Shown in pieces: positions 9,698 to 19,182 of a stretch of 64,000 bases of DNA. Within the stretch, counting starts at the first letter, position 1; every line of letters begins with the position of its first letter. The stretch is from assembly GCA_965200965.1 (NCBI GenBank), contig OZ241744.1, positions 1,952,001-2,016,000 on the forward strand, read 5' to 3'. The notes beneath the pieces are model-generated. The model ran no database searches. It saw nothing but the letters and a program-made list of their open reading frames with translations, and had not been told where the DNA came from. Position numbers and translations under genes: made by a program. This stretch comes from an uncultured Candidatus Binatia bacterium (GTDB lineage Bacteria; Desulfobacterota; Binatia; Bin18).

Positions 9698-10468
9698 CTA
9701 TTCTCTCCTCTTTTCTCGCAGCCTGGCGAGAACCGCGTCGTGGACCCGCCCGTTCGAGATCACCGCGCTGCCGCTGTAGATTGAAGGGCTGCCGGTAAAA
9801 TCAGAATAGCGCCCGCCGGCCTCAGTCACAAGCAGCTTGGTCGGTGCCACATCCCAGGGTTTGATCTCCGGTTCAAGGGCGACCTCGGCCTGGCCACAGA
9901 TCACCACGCTGTGGCCGAGCGCGTCGCCAAACCCGCGCTGGCGGGCGGTCGCATCCACCAGGGATAAAAAGGCCGGCCAGCAGGGAAGGGTCTTCAGGTC
10001 GCTCAGGCCGCCGTGGATGAGCATCGCCCGGTCTAAATGCCCAACATCTGAAACCCGGACACGCCGGCCGTTGGCAAACGCTCCCTGGCCTTGTCTTGCG
10101 TACAGCAACTCGCCGAGCGCCGGCACATACATGACCCCGACCGTGATCTGCGCGGCTTCTTCCAGGGCAATCAGGGTAGCGAAGAACGGAATGCCGCGGA
10201 TGAAGTTCCTGGTGCCGTCAATGGGGTCAATGATCCAGCGGGCGTCGTTCGCGCTTGGCTGCTCGCCTAACTCTTCGCCTAGGAAACCGTGCTCCGGGAA
10301 ACGCCGGCTCAGCAGTTCGGTGATGCACGCCTCGCACTCCCGGTCGGCTCGGGTGACGGGCGTGCGGTCGGCCTTGGTTTCAACGCTGAGGTTGGTACGG
10401 AAATAGTGCCGGGCGATCTCACCGCCGGCTTTAGCCGCCTCAATCGCCGCGGAGAGAAGGGCGTCCAT
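9698..10468 (-). CDS. Inositol monophosphatase family protein (HisN-like histidinol-phosphatase)
   Basis: PVTRAD, GEE, WIIDPIDGT, PWD motifs. Confidence 0.85.
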   Translation of the reverse strand: MDALLSAAIEAAKAGGEIARHYFRTNLSVETKADRTPVTRADRECEACITELLSRRFPEHGFLGEELGEQPSANDARWIIDPIDGTRNFIRGIPFFATLIALEEAAQITVGVMYVPALGELLYARQGQGAFANGRRVRVSDVGHLDRAMLIHGGLSDLKTLPCWPAFLSLVDATARQRGFGDALGHSVVICGQAEVALEPEIKPWDVAPTKLLVTEAGGRYSDFTGSPSIYSGSAVISNGRVHDAVLARLREKRRE

Positions 10469-10475
10469 AACAAAC

Positions 10476-10484
10476 CTTATAGCA
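10476..10484 (-). promoter_or_regulatory. Extended -10 promoter (TGcTATAAG) 7 nt upstream of the ATG; probable leaderless mRNA for the IMPase-to-sox operon
   Basis: No SD upstream of the ATG; same -10 hexamer as the rRNA P1 promoter. Confidence 0.5.
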
Positions 10485-10569
10485 ACTTGCGAACCACCCG
10501 GCCGTCAACCTGCGATGCTGACCCGTTGACAGAGCTGGCCGCTTCAGAAGCCAGAAAGACGATGAGGTT

Positions 10570-11427
10570 TCAGGCTGTGAGATAGCCCTTGTTGAGGTAG
10601 AACTCCCGCACCGCAGCCTCAAACCCGGGCGGATTATCGCCCATCACCGAGTGGCCGGCACCAACGATCAGCGCAAACTCTGAGCCCGGGATGGCAGCTT
10701 GGAGCAGGCGGGCCCCGTCAAGCGACAGCACGTCACTTTCTGCGCCTTTGACCAACAGCGTCGGACAGGTGATCTTTTTGACCTCCTCGGACAACTCCTC
10801 CTGCATCTGCTTGACATCGATCCGGCTGTGCCCCTGACTGAAATAGGTGTCGTATTTCCAGGTCCATTTGCCACTGGGCAACTGCTTGAGATTATAGACC
10901 ACAGTGTATTTGCGGATGACTTCCAGGGGACGCCGGGGGTTGAACTTGTGAATAACCGCCGCGGCTTCATCCAGGGAATCGAACTCGCGGAAGTCTTTCA
11001 TAAAGGTACGGATATGCTGCACGCCTTTGTTTTCGACCCGAGGGCCAACGTCAACGACGACCAGGGCTTTGACCCGGTCGGGATTCCTGGCGGTAAAGGA
11101 CAGCGAGTTTGCTCCGCCCATTGACATGCCGGTGAGAAAAAAGCGGTCCAGACCAAGCGCGGCGGTAAACGCCCCGACATCTTTGACCATGCTGGAGCGC
11201 GAGTAGTCTTTATCAACCGCCCAGTCGGTATCGCCGTGGCCGCGCTGGTCAAAGGCCATGACGTGGAAGTGGGGAGACATCGCGGCGGCGAATAAGTCCC
11301 AGGTATGACAGGTTTGTCCCACCCCGTGGAGGAGGACCAGGGGGGGATTGGCGGGGATTCCCCAGGCGAGGTAATGAAACCGCAGGCCGTTTGCTTCAAC
11401 ATAACAATCGCGTGACTGTGCCGTCAT
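10570..11427 (-). CDS. Alpha/beta fold hydrolase
   Basis: LLHG, DQRGHG, GMSMG nucleophile elbow, AGH; SD GGAGGGG before ATG 11427. Confidence 0.9.
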   Translation of the reverse strand: MTAQSRDCYVEANGLRFHYLAWGIPANPPLVLLHGVGQTCHTWDLFAAAMSPHFHVMAFDQRGHGDTDWAVDKDYSRSSMVKDVGAFTAALGLDRFFLTGMSMGGANSLSFTARNPDRVKALVVVDVGPRVENKGVQHIRTFMKDFREFDSLDEAAAVIHKFNPRRPLEVIRKYTVVYNLKQLPSGKWTWKYDTYFSQGHSRIDVKQMQEELSEEVKKITCPTLLVKGAESDVLSLDGARLLQAAIPGSEFALIVGAGHSVMGDNPPGFEAAVREFYLNKGYLTA

Positions 11428-11515
11428 GTCTTCCCCTCCTTGTCGGCGTATTGTTTCTCTTGCCCAGCCGCGGGCCAGCATAGAGGAAAAGCGGCACAGA
11501 GGGAAGACGGGGCGG

Positions 11516-12166
11516 TCAGAGACGGACGAGCCGGCGGACGACAGCCGGACTGAGTGCTCCGAGGTCCGAGAGCAGCAGGTCGGCTTTGCTGAAGTCGTTT
11601 CGCCGGGTGTACTGATTGGGGACGGCAATGCAGGCGATACCGGCATGAACCGCGGCTATCACGCCTTTGTGGGTATCTTCCACAACTACGCACTGGGCAG
11701 GCGTGAGGCCGAGTTTGCCGGCTGCGGCCAAAAAGGCGTCAGGCAGGGGCTTGGCCCCGGTATAGTCCTGGCGGGCCACCGTCACCGCAAAGAAGCGCTC
11801 AAGGCCAAAGCGTTGGAGAATCAGATCCAGGGCATCACGATTGCTGTTGGTGGCCACTGTCAGGGCAAAGTGCGGGGCCAGCCGGGCGAGGGCCGACTCA
11901 ACGTGCGGCATCAGCCGGACTTCTTCCAGCAGGCGCAGATAGACGGGCGAGCGCAGCTTGCGGAGTTCACCCGGAGAGACCGGCAGCTTATGTTTGGAGA
12001 CGATATACTCCGGCCCAGTGCCAGTGGCAATCCAGTGCTGTTCGTATTCTTCCTGGCTGATTGTAACACCGTAGGGTTTCAGGACCTCGCTATAGGCCCG
12101 GTAGTATAAGCCCTCAGAGTCAATCAGTACGCCGTCAAGGTCAAAGATCACCCCAACCCGTGCCAT
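11516..12166 (-). CDS. HAD-superfamily hydrolase (beta-phosphoglucomutase/CbbY-like)
   Basis: FDLDGVLIDSE, ATNS, KP.PD, VVEDT; start placed at ATG 12166. Confidence 0.9.
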   Translation of the reverse strand: MARVGVIFDLDGVLIDSEGLYYRAYSEVLKPYGVTISQEEYEQHWIATGTGPEYIVSKHKLPVSPGELRKLRSPVYLRLLEEVRLMPHVESALARLAPHFALTVATNSNRDALDLILQRFGLERFFAVTVARQDYTGAKPLPDAFLAAAGKLGLTPAQCVVVEDTHKGVIAAVHAGIACIAVPNQYTRRNDFSKADLLLSDLGALSPAVVRRLVRL

Positions 12167-12212
12167 ATCTGCTCCTTTGTCAACAGGTGATTGTGTAGTA
12201 CACTTCTGGTCT

Positions 12213-12428
12213 ATGGCACACCCTCCGTCCGACCCGTCAGCCGCTTGGGCAGCGGTGTTTCGCTCGCTCGGGCTGCCCCTATACCAAGTCCGTATTGAAG
12301 ACGAAACAGTCTGTATTGAAGCGCCGGCCGAGGATCGGCTGAAACTGCTGGAGCCGGCCGTTCGCCGTAGACTAGTCGCCCACGGCAGATCTCTGGGCCA
12401 TCGGTTCATTACGCTCGATTTGGACTGA
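12213..12428 (+). CDS. Small protein resembling the C-terminal domain of LarE
   Basis: QVRIEDETVCIE...SLGHRFITLDLD parallels the LarE tail at 50.8-51.0 kb (RVRHHGHSARVE...GLGFSAALLDLE). Confidence 0.5.
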   Translation: MAHPPSDPSAAWAAVFRSLGLPLYQVRIEDETVCIEAPAEDRLKLLEPAVRRRLVAHGRSLGHRFITLDLD

Positions 12429-12501
12429 ACTCCCTCCACTCTCCTTGACTTGCCAGAGAGCGGCTTTCGTTCTAATGTACAGGAGCGAAGAGGTGACACC
12501 C

Positions 12502-13224
12502 ATGCCCTCCCCCGACGAAGCCCGGCACCCAGCCTGCCTGTCTCCAGCCCCCGAGACAGAATATCTGCCAGAATCGGACGGTACACCCATGGCCGAAACC
12601 GATGTGCATCGGAACCAGATGATCGATCTACTGGACTGTCTGGAAGAGTATTACCACGCCGATCCCCGCGTCTATGTGACTGGCAATATCTTTCTCTACT
12701 TTTGCAACCACGAGGGTGAGCGTCAGTCTATCAGCCCAGATATCTTTGTGGTCCGTGGTATCGAAAAGAAGCTCCGGCGCATCTACAACCTGGACGTGGA
12801 GAAAAAGGCCCCAGATGTCGTCATTGAACTGACCTCACGCCATACCAAAGTGGAAGATCTCGGCAACAAGCGGGTCATCTATGCCGACCTAGGCGTCGCC
12901 GAGTATTTCCTATTTGATCCCCTTGACGCCTCACTAAGCCCCCAGTTGCGCGGTTTTCGTTTACAGGGCGGCGAATATATACCGATGCTCGGCACTCGGC
13001 TGACCAGTGAGGTCTTAGGCTTGGACTTGATCGTCGAAGACGATCAGTTGCGCCTGTACAATCCACGCACTGCCGAACACCTGCGTACCCACGCCGAAGC
13101 TGAGGCCGCCCGCCGAGAGGCTGAGGCCGCCCGCCGAGAGGCTGAGGCCGCCTACCGAGAGGCTGAGGCAGAAAACCTGCGCTTACGCGAAGAACTGGCG
13201 CGCCTGCGGGCGCGGCAAGGCTGA
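12502..13224 (+). CDS. Uma2 family (DUF820) PD-(D/E)XK endonuclease-like protein
   Basis: PESDGTPMAET, SPDIFVV, PDVVIELTS, GVAEYFLFDP, coiled-coil tail. Confidence 0.9.
   Translation: MPSPDEARHPACLSPAPETEYLPESDGTPMAETDVHRNQMIDLLDCLEEYYHADPRVYVTGNIFLYFCNHEGERQSISPDIFVVRGIEKKLRRIYNLDVEKKAPDVVIELTSRHTKVEDLGNKRVIYADLGVAEYFLFDPLDASLSPQLRGFRLQGGEYIPMLGTRLTSEVLGLDLIVEDDQLRLYNPRTAEHLRTHAEAEAARREAEAARREAEAAYREAEAENLRLREELARLRARQG
13099..13169 (+). repeat. 21-bp tandem repeat (about 3.4 copies) encoding AEAARRE heptads
   Basis: GCTGAGGCCGCCCGCCGAGAG twice, then a variant third copy and a partial fourth. Confidence 0.9.
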
Positions 13225-13298
13225 GCACAGCGCCTTGGGGGCGCTCCCGACAAGGCCCTTGACCCCTCTGCCTCAGCGGGGATATGACGGACACACAA

Positions 13299-13372
13299 CG
13301 GGGTGTGGCGCAGCCTGGTAGCGCACTCGCTTGGGGTGCGAGTGGTCGGCCGTTCAAATCGGCTCACCCCGA
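13299..13372 (+). tRNA. tRNA-Pro (GGG); CCA not encoded
   Basis: Acceptor CGGGGTG/CACCCCG, anticodon arm CTCGC-TTGGGGT-GCGAG, T-loop GTTCAAATC. Confidence 0.95.
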
Positions 13373-13435
13373 TGTCTCGTACAAGGCGGTTGGTGTGACC
13401 AGCCGCCCTTGCTTCTCTCCAAGCTTCTTACGACC

Positions 13436-14188
13436 ATGCGCATTCTGGTGTCCAACGATGACGGCATCCACTCCGAGGGACTGCATGCCCTGGAAGAGAC
13501 GCTGAGGAGCGTCGGCGAGGTATATACTGTGGCACCCGACCGGGAGCGGAATGCGGTCAGCCATGCCCTGACCCTGCACCGCCCACTGCGTATTGACGAA
13601 ATCGCTCCGCGCCGCTTTGCGGTCAACGGTACGCCGACCGACTGCGTGAATCTGGCGGTCAAAGGCTTTTTGCCGGTCCGACCGGATATGGTGGTGTCGG
13701 GGATCAATAAAGGCCCCAACCTTGGCGACGATATTACCTACTCGGGCACGGTCGCAGCAGCCATTGAGGGCACCCTGTTAGGCATCATGTCGTTTGCCGT
13801 GTCAGTCGTCGGCACCCCCCCCAACTACCACTTCAGCCCGGCCGCCGAGTTTGCCACCAGCTTGGCCACCCACATCGCCGCCCACGGACTGCCGGACAAA
13901 ACCCTGCTGAATGTGAATGTCCCTAACCTGGACCGGCCCGAACTCAAAGGCTACCGTTTCACTCATCAGGGCAAACGCCGCTATGGCGAGAAAATCGAGA
14001 ACTGTCCCAATCCGCGTGGTCAGCCCTACTATTGGATCGGTGGTGATGACCTGGGCTTTGACCCGGAAGAGGGCAGCGACTGTCTTGCCGTCAACGAGGG
14101 CTACATCTCAGTCACTCCGCTCCAGGTTGATCTGACCAACTATCGGGCTTTGCAGGCCATACGGGATGTGCAACTGTCATGGCCCTAG
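13436..14188 (+). CDS. surE: 5'/3'-nucleotidase SurE
   Basis: MRILVSNDDG, GTPTDCV, SGINKGPNLG, YSGTVAAA. Confidence 0.95.
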   Translation: MRILVSNDDGIHSEGLHALEETLRSVGEVYTVAPDRERNAVSHALTLHRPLRIDEIAPRRFAVNGTPTDCVNLAVKGFLPVRPDMVVSGINKGPNLGDDITYSGTVAAAIEGTLLGIMSFAVSVVGTPPNYHFSPAAEFATSLATHIAAHGLPDKTLLNVNVPNLDRPELKGYRFTHQGKRRYGEKIENCPNPRGQPYYWIGGDDLGFDPEEGSDCLAVNEGYISVTPLQVDLTNYRALQAIRDVQLSWP

Positions 14189-14829
14189 ACTATGCCCAGG
14201 CCCGGCAGCGGATGGTCCGGGAGCAACTGATTGAGCGGGGTCTGAACGACCCACTGGTCTTGGCCGCCATGCGCCAGGTGCCGCGTCACCTGTTTGTTGA
14301 GGAAGCCGTGCGGGACCGGGCCTACGACGACCACCCACTGCCTATCGGAGAAGACCAGACCATCTCCCAGCCATATATGGTGGCCCGCATGGCCGCGGTG
14401 CTGAAACTGGTCCCGGGCGAACAGGTATTTGAAGTCGGCACCGGCTCCGGCTACCTGACCGCCATCCTGGCCGAACAGGGTGCCGAGGTGTCCTCGGTGG
14501 AAATCATCCCCAGCCTGGCACTCCGAGCCCGGCAGACCCTGCGCAATCTCGGCTACCATACCGTGGGAGTCCATGTTGGAGACGGCAGCCTGGGCTGGCA
14601 GGAACGCGCGCCGTTTGATGCAGTGGTAATTGGCGCGGCTGCTCCGGGTCTGCCCCGTCCGCTGCTCAATCAACTCCGGCTGGGCGGACGCCTCGTTGTC
14701 CCAATGGGAGAGCAAGACCTCCAAACCCTGGTGTGTGTCTGGAAAGAGCCGGACGGCCTGCGCGAAGAGTATTGCGGCGAGTGCCGGTTTGTCAAACTTC
14801 GCGGTGAGCACGGCTGGGAGTCCGAATAA
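14179..14829 (+). CDS. pcm: Protein-L-isoaspartate O-methyltransferase
   Basis: QTISQPY, EVGTGSGY, GDGSLG, APFD; follows surE. Confidence 0.95.
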   Translation: MALDYAQARQRMVREQLIERGLNDPLVLAAMRQVPRHLFVEEAVRDRAYDDHPLPIGEDQTISQPYMVARMAAVLKLVPGEQVFEVGTGSGYLTAILAEQGAEVSSVEIIPSLALRARQTLRNLGYHTVGVHVGDGSLGWQERAPFDAVVIGAAAPGLPRPLLNQLRLGGRLVVPMGEQDLQTLVCVWKEPDGLREEYCGECRFVKLRGEHGWESE

Positions 14830-14835
14830 ACGCCC

Positions 14836-15993
14836 ATGCAGCAGCAGATCTATCTGGACCATAACGCTACCACGCCGCTCAGGCCAGAGGTGCTTGAAGC
14901 CATGCTGCCCTATCTCCACACCCACTTTGGCAATCCGTCCAGCACGCATCGGACCGGACGTCGCGCCAAGCAAGGGCTGGAAGAAGCCCGAGAGCAACTT
15001 TCGGCTTGTATCCGGGCCACGCCGGCCGAGGTGGTGTTTACCAGTGGAGGCACCGAGAGCAATAGTCTGGCGCTGTTGGGGGCGGCCCGCGCCCGGCCCC
15101 GGTCCAAGACCCATATCATCACCACCCCGATTGAGCATTCCTCGGTCCTCGCCTCCGTCCAGGCGTTGACGCGGGAGGGCTTCAGCCACACGCTTTTGCC
15201 GGTCAACGGCGAGGGCCGTATCCGGGTTGACGACTTGGCCGCAGCCCTGCGTCCAGACACGGCCGCGGTGAGTATTGGGCTGGCCAACCCCGAGCTAGGT
15301 ACGCTCCAGCCTGTTGCGGCCTGTAGCCGGCTGATCCGTCAGCAGAGCGTCGTCCTGCATGTCGATGCGGTCCAGGCGACCGGCAAACTGGCGCTGAACA
15401 TGGAAGAGTTGGGCGCGGATCTGGTGTCGCTGTCGGCCCACAAAATCTACGGGCCAAAAGGCGTTGGGGCACTCTATGTGCGCAAAGGCACAACCCTGGC
15501 CCCCGTCCTGCGCGGTGGTCCCCAGGAGCGCGAAAAGCGGGCCGGCACCGAAAATGTCGCTGCCGCAGTCGGCTTTGGGCTCGCGGCCGTCCTGGCCGAA
15601 CACGAGCGTGAAGCGCTGTCAGTCCGCCTGACCGAGCTGATCAGCCGACTGTGGACCGGCATTCAGGGCAGTATCCCCGGCGTGGTCCGCAATACGCCCC
15701 ACCGGGGGTGTCTCCCCAATACCCTCAACCTCGAATTCCCGGGTGCCTCAGGAGAGGGGCTGATGATGGGGCTTGACCTGGCCGGCATTGCCGTCTCAAC
15801 CGGTTCAGCCTGCGCCGCGGGATCGCTTGAACCCTCACATGTGCTGCTGGCGCTCGGACGCGATGCGCGGGCGGCCAAGAGCGCGATCCGTTTCAGCCTG
15901 GGCAAAGACACGACCCAGCAGGATATTGATTGCGTCCTCGACGTCTTGCCCGGGATCGTTGAGCGGGTACGCGCCGCGGCCCAGCCGGTCTGA
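14836..15993 (+). CDS. iscS: Cysteine desulfurase (IscS/NifS)
   Basis: YLDHNATT, SAHKIYGPKG, RAGTEN, STGSAC. Confidence 0.9.
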   Translation: MQQQIYLDHNATTPLRPEVLEAMLPYLHTHFGNPSSTHRTGRRAKQGLEEAREQLSACIRATPAEVVFTSGGTESNSLALLGAARARPRSKTHIITTPIEHSSVLASVQALTREGFSHTLLPVNGEGRIRVDDLAAALRPDTAAVSIGLANPELGTLQPVAACSRLIRQQSVVLHVDAVQATGKLALNMEELGADLVSLSAHKIYGPKGVGALYVRKGTTLAPVLRGGPQEREKRAGTENVAAAVGFGLAAVLAEHEREALSVRLTELISRLWTGIQGSIPGVVRNTPHRGCLPNTLNLEFPGASGEGLMMGLDLAGIAVSTGSACAAGSLEPSHVLLALGRDARAAKSAIRFSLGKDTTQQDIDCVLDVLPGIVERVRAAAQPV

Positions 15994-16003
15994 AAAACAA
16001 CAT

Positions 16004-17122
16004 ATGCACCAGACAGATACCACCCCTGCCCTCCCGCCACCGGCCGGCAGCCGGCGTGTGTTGGCAGCCCTGAGCGGTGGAGTCGATAGTGCGGTCGCCG
16101 CCGCTCTGCTGGTCGAGGCCGGCTATGAAGTGATTGCGATCTCCATGCTGCTGGCCAGCGCTGCCGAGGGCCACGAGGGCAGTTGCTGTTCCATTGACGA
16201 TTTTCAAGACGCCCGTCGAGTGGCCGAACAGTTAGACATTCCCTACTATGTCCTCAATCTCAAAGATGCCTTCCAGCACCGGGTGATTGACGTGTTCAGT
16301 GAGGAATATCTGCGGGGTCGGACCCCGAACCCGTGCCTGCTGTGCAACCGCGACCTCAAGTTTGACCTGCTGTGGCAGCGGGCGCGAGAGCTTGACGCCG
16401 CCTATGTTGCCACCGGGCACTACGCCCGGATTCGCTATGACGCCCACACAGCCCACTACCAGCTGTGGCGGAGCACCGACCGGGCAAAAGACCAATCCTA
16501 CTTTCTCTTTACGCTGAACCAGGCCCAGCTGGCCCGGACCCTGTTCCCGGCCGGGCATCTGACCAAGGCGCAGGTCCGGGCCAAAGCGGATGCACTCGGC
16601 CTGCGGGTTGCCCATAAACCCGAGAGCCAGGATATCTGTTTTGTGCCGGACGGGAACTATGCCCGCTTTTTGGAGCAACGCTTGGCACCTGAGCGTCTTC
16701 GGCCCGGCGTGGTGGTTGACCAGGCTGGCCACCGGCTCGGCTCGCACACCGGCATTCATCGCTTTACCATTGGACAGCGCCGCGGTCTGGGTATCGGCGG
16801 GCTTGCCCAGCCGGTATACATCTCCAACATTGACGCCCAAACGGGTCGGGTGACGGTCGGCCCCAAGGACCAGCTCCACACTTCCGGTCTGCGCGCCAAG
16901 GACCTGAGCTGGATCGCCGGCGAGCAGCCCCAAGAACTGCGGACCAGCGTCAAGATTCGCTACCGCCATCCGCCGATTCCGGCCCGCGTCGTGCCCCGGG
17001 CAGACGGGACGGCCACGGTCTGGTTTGAGCACGCGTGTCCGGGCGTGACCCCCGGCCAAGCGGTCGTGTTTTACGCCGGCGACCAAATCCTGGGCGGCGG
17101 TTGGATTGAGGGAGGGCTGTAA
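16004..17122 (+). CDS. mnmA: tRNA 2-thiouridylase MnmA
   Basis: SGGVDS, TPNPC, ATGHYA, KDQSYFL, ESQDICF, TPGQ. Confidence 0.95.
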   Translation: MHQTDTTPALPPPAGSRRVLAALSGGVDSAVAAALLVEAGYEVIAISMLLASAAEGHEGSCCSIDDFQDARRVAEQLDIPYYVLNLKDAFQHRVIDVFSEEYLRGRTPNPCLLCNRDLKFDLLWQRARELDAAYVATGHYARIRYDAHTAHYQLWRSTDRAKDQSYFLFTLNQAQLARTLFPAGHLTKAQVRAKADALGLRVAHKPESQDICFVPDGNYARFLEQRLAPERLRPGVVVDQAGHRLGSHTGIHRFTIGQRRGLGIGGLAQPVYISNIDAQTGRVTVGPKDQLHTSGLRAKDLSWIAGEQPQELRTSVKIRYRHPPIPARVVPRADGTATVWFEHACPGVTPGQAVVFYAGDQILGGGWIEGGL

Positions 17123-17125
17123 GCC

Positions 17126-18466
17126 ATGTCATCGCCCGCGCTTCGGGTTGGCCTGGCGACCCTGGGCTGCAAGGTCAACCAGTACGATACGGCAACGATC
17201 GCCAACCGCCTCAGCGCGGTCGGCCACCGTCTGGTGTCGTTTACCGACCCGGCCGATGTGTATATTGTCAACAGCTGTACAGTCACCAACCAGGCTGACG
17301 CCGAGAGCCGGCAACTCGCCCGCCGCGCCAAACGCCAGAACCCATCCGCCCGGGTCATTATGACCGGCTGCTACGCCCAGGTCGCGCCCCAGGCGGTCGT
17401 GCGCCTGCCCGAGGTTGATTATGTGATCGGCATCAACCGCCCGGACGATATCCTCCGAGCCGTGACCGCCGGGTCGCACGAACCCATCGCCGTCAGCAAG
17501 CTGCGCCGGGCCACACAGATCAACACACTCGGGGCCGGCACGTTTCAGGGCCAGACCAGGGCTTTCCTGAAGATCCAAGAGGGCTGTGATCTGTTCTGCA
17601 CGTTTTGTATCGTACCCAGGTCACGCGGCAAGAGCCGCAGCGTCTCCCCCCGCACTGTGCTTGAGCAACTCGACCGTCTGGCCGAGCAGGGTTTTCAAGA
17701 AGTCGTTCTCACCGGCGTCCACCTCGGCGGCTATGGCAGCGACTTAGAGCCGCGCATTGACCTGTCCTGGCTGGTGGCGGCAATTGAAGACCGCCAGCCG
17801 GTCCCGCGTGTCCGGCTCAGTTCTCTTGATCCGCACGAGTTCAGCCCGGCCCTCATCCGCCTCCTGGCCCAGGCCCAGACCATCTGCCCCCATCTCCATA
17901 TTCCGCTCCAATCGGGCGACGATCGCATCTTAGCGCGTATGCGCCGCCGCTACGATCGAGCCCTGGCCGGCGAGGTGCTGGCCTGTCTCCGAGACCGCCT
18001 GCCCCAGGCCGCCCTTGGAACCGACCTGATTGTCGGCTTTCCCGGTGAGGGCGAGGCCGAGTTTGCCCAGGGCTATCGTTTTCTGGAGGACAGCCCGTTT
18101 ACCTATTTTCATGTCTTCCCGTATTCCGCCCGGAGCGGCACCACCGCGGCCAAATTCATCGATCCCGTCCCCAAGTCGACTATCGCCCGCCGCGCCCGCC
18201 AGGTCCGCACACTTGGCGAGCGCAAAAAATCCGCGTTTGCCACCCGGTTCGTCGGCCACACCCTGCCGGTCCTGTTTGAGCACAGCCGAGACAAGACGAC
18301 CGGCCTGCTCAAGGGCTACAGCCGCAATTACCTGAGAATCTTAGCTGCAGGTGGCGACGAGCACATGAACCACGAGCGAGCGGTCCGCCTGAGCCGCGTC
18401 AGTGGCGGCAAGCTGTGGGGAAAAATCGTGCCCCCCGACGCGCAGCACTCAAGCCACGAGTCCTAA
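17126..18466 (+). CDS. mtaB: tRNA t6A37 methylthiotransferase MtaB
   Basis: TLGCKVNQYD, NSCTVT, CDLFCTFC, HVFPYSARSGT. Confidence 0.92.
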   Translation: MSSPALRVGLATLGCKVNQYDTATIANRLSAVGHRLVSFTDPADVYIVNSCTVTNQADAESRQLARRAKRQNPSARVIMTGCYAQVAPQAVVRLPEVDYVIGINRPDDILRAVTAGSHEPIAVSKLRRATQINTLGAGTFQGQTRAFLKIQEGCDLFCTFCIVPRSRGKSRSVSPRTVLEQLDRLAEQGFQEVVLTGVHLGGYGSDLEPRIDLSWLVAAIEDRQPVPRVRLSSLDPHEFSPALIRLLAQAQTICPHLHIPLQSGDDRILARMRRRYDRALAGEVLACLRDRLPQAALGTDLIVGFPGEGEAEFAQGYRFLEDSPFTYFHVFPYSARSGTTAAKFIDPVPKSTIARRARQVRTLGERKKSAFATRFVGHTLPVLFEHSRDKTTGLLKGYSRNYLRILAAGGDEHMNHERAVRLSRVSGGKLWGKIVPPDAQHSSHES

Positions 18467-18470
18467 GCCC

Positions 18471-19178
18471 ATGCCGGACAGCCCGCCCTCCTACACCGAG
18501 TTCGAGACCTCCCTCGGCTATCGCTTCCGCCGCTACGCGCTGCTGACCCTGGCCCTGACCCACCGCTCCTTTCCCCTCACCCCCGGAGAAGAGACCAACG
18601 AAACCCTCGAGTTCCTGGGCGATGCGGTCCTTGACCTGGCGATCAGCGACCTGCTCCTGCGCCGCTTCCCTGAATCCCACGAGGGCGAGCTGTCAAAAAT
18701 GCGTGCCTCCCTGGTCAACGCCCGCACCTTAGCCCACAAGGCCAAGGCCCTGACCATAGGCCGCTGGCTGCGTCTCGGTCGTGGCGAAGAGCGCAGCGAC
18801 GGCCGGCGCAAAGGCTCTATTCTGGCCTGCGCCTATGAGGCCGTGCTGGGGGCGGTCTATCTGGACGGCGGCTTTGGTCCGGTGCTGCGGCTGGTGGCCG
18901 CTCATTTTGCCGCAGACCTGGAGCACAAACCCGTGGTCGGCCGATTTGACAGCAAGACCCGTTTACAAGAGTTGACCCAGCAGATATTCAAACAGCCCCC
19001 GACCTACGAGGTGCTTGAGGCCACCGGCCCCGACCATCACCGGCGTTTTGTCAGTCGGGTCATCATCGCCGGCAAAGCCTACGGGCGGGGCGAGGGGCCG
19101 CGCAAAAAAAGCGCCCAACAAGCGGCCGCTTCGCAGACCCTGGTCCTGCTGCGAGACCGACACGCTGGACGAGGATGA
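18471..19178 (+). CDS. rnc: Ribonuclease III
   Basis: ALTHRS, NETLEFLGDAVL, C-terminal dsRBD. Confidence 0.95.
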   Translation: MPDSPPSYTEFETSLGYRFRRYALLTLALTHRSFPLTPGEETNETLEFLGDAVLDLAISDLLLRRFPESHEGELSKMRASLVNARTLAHKAKALTIGRWLRLGRGEERSDGRRKGSILACAYEAVLGAVYLDGGFGPVLRLVAAHFAADLEHKPVVGRFDSKTRLQELTQQIFKQPPTYEVLEATGPDHHRRFVSRVIIAGKAYGRGEGPRKKSAQQAAASQTLVLLRDRHAGRG

Positions 19179-19182
19179 CCAG

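Noticed and set aside
13099-13169. Possible CRISPR array
   Set aside because: Contiguous in-frame repeats without spacers, and no cas genes; no CRISPR array was seen anywhere in the window
13299-13372. tRNA-Pro as an integration site
   Set aside because: No integrase and no duplicated tRNA 3' end seen; surE follows directly
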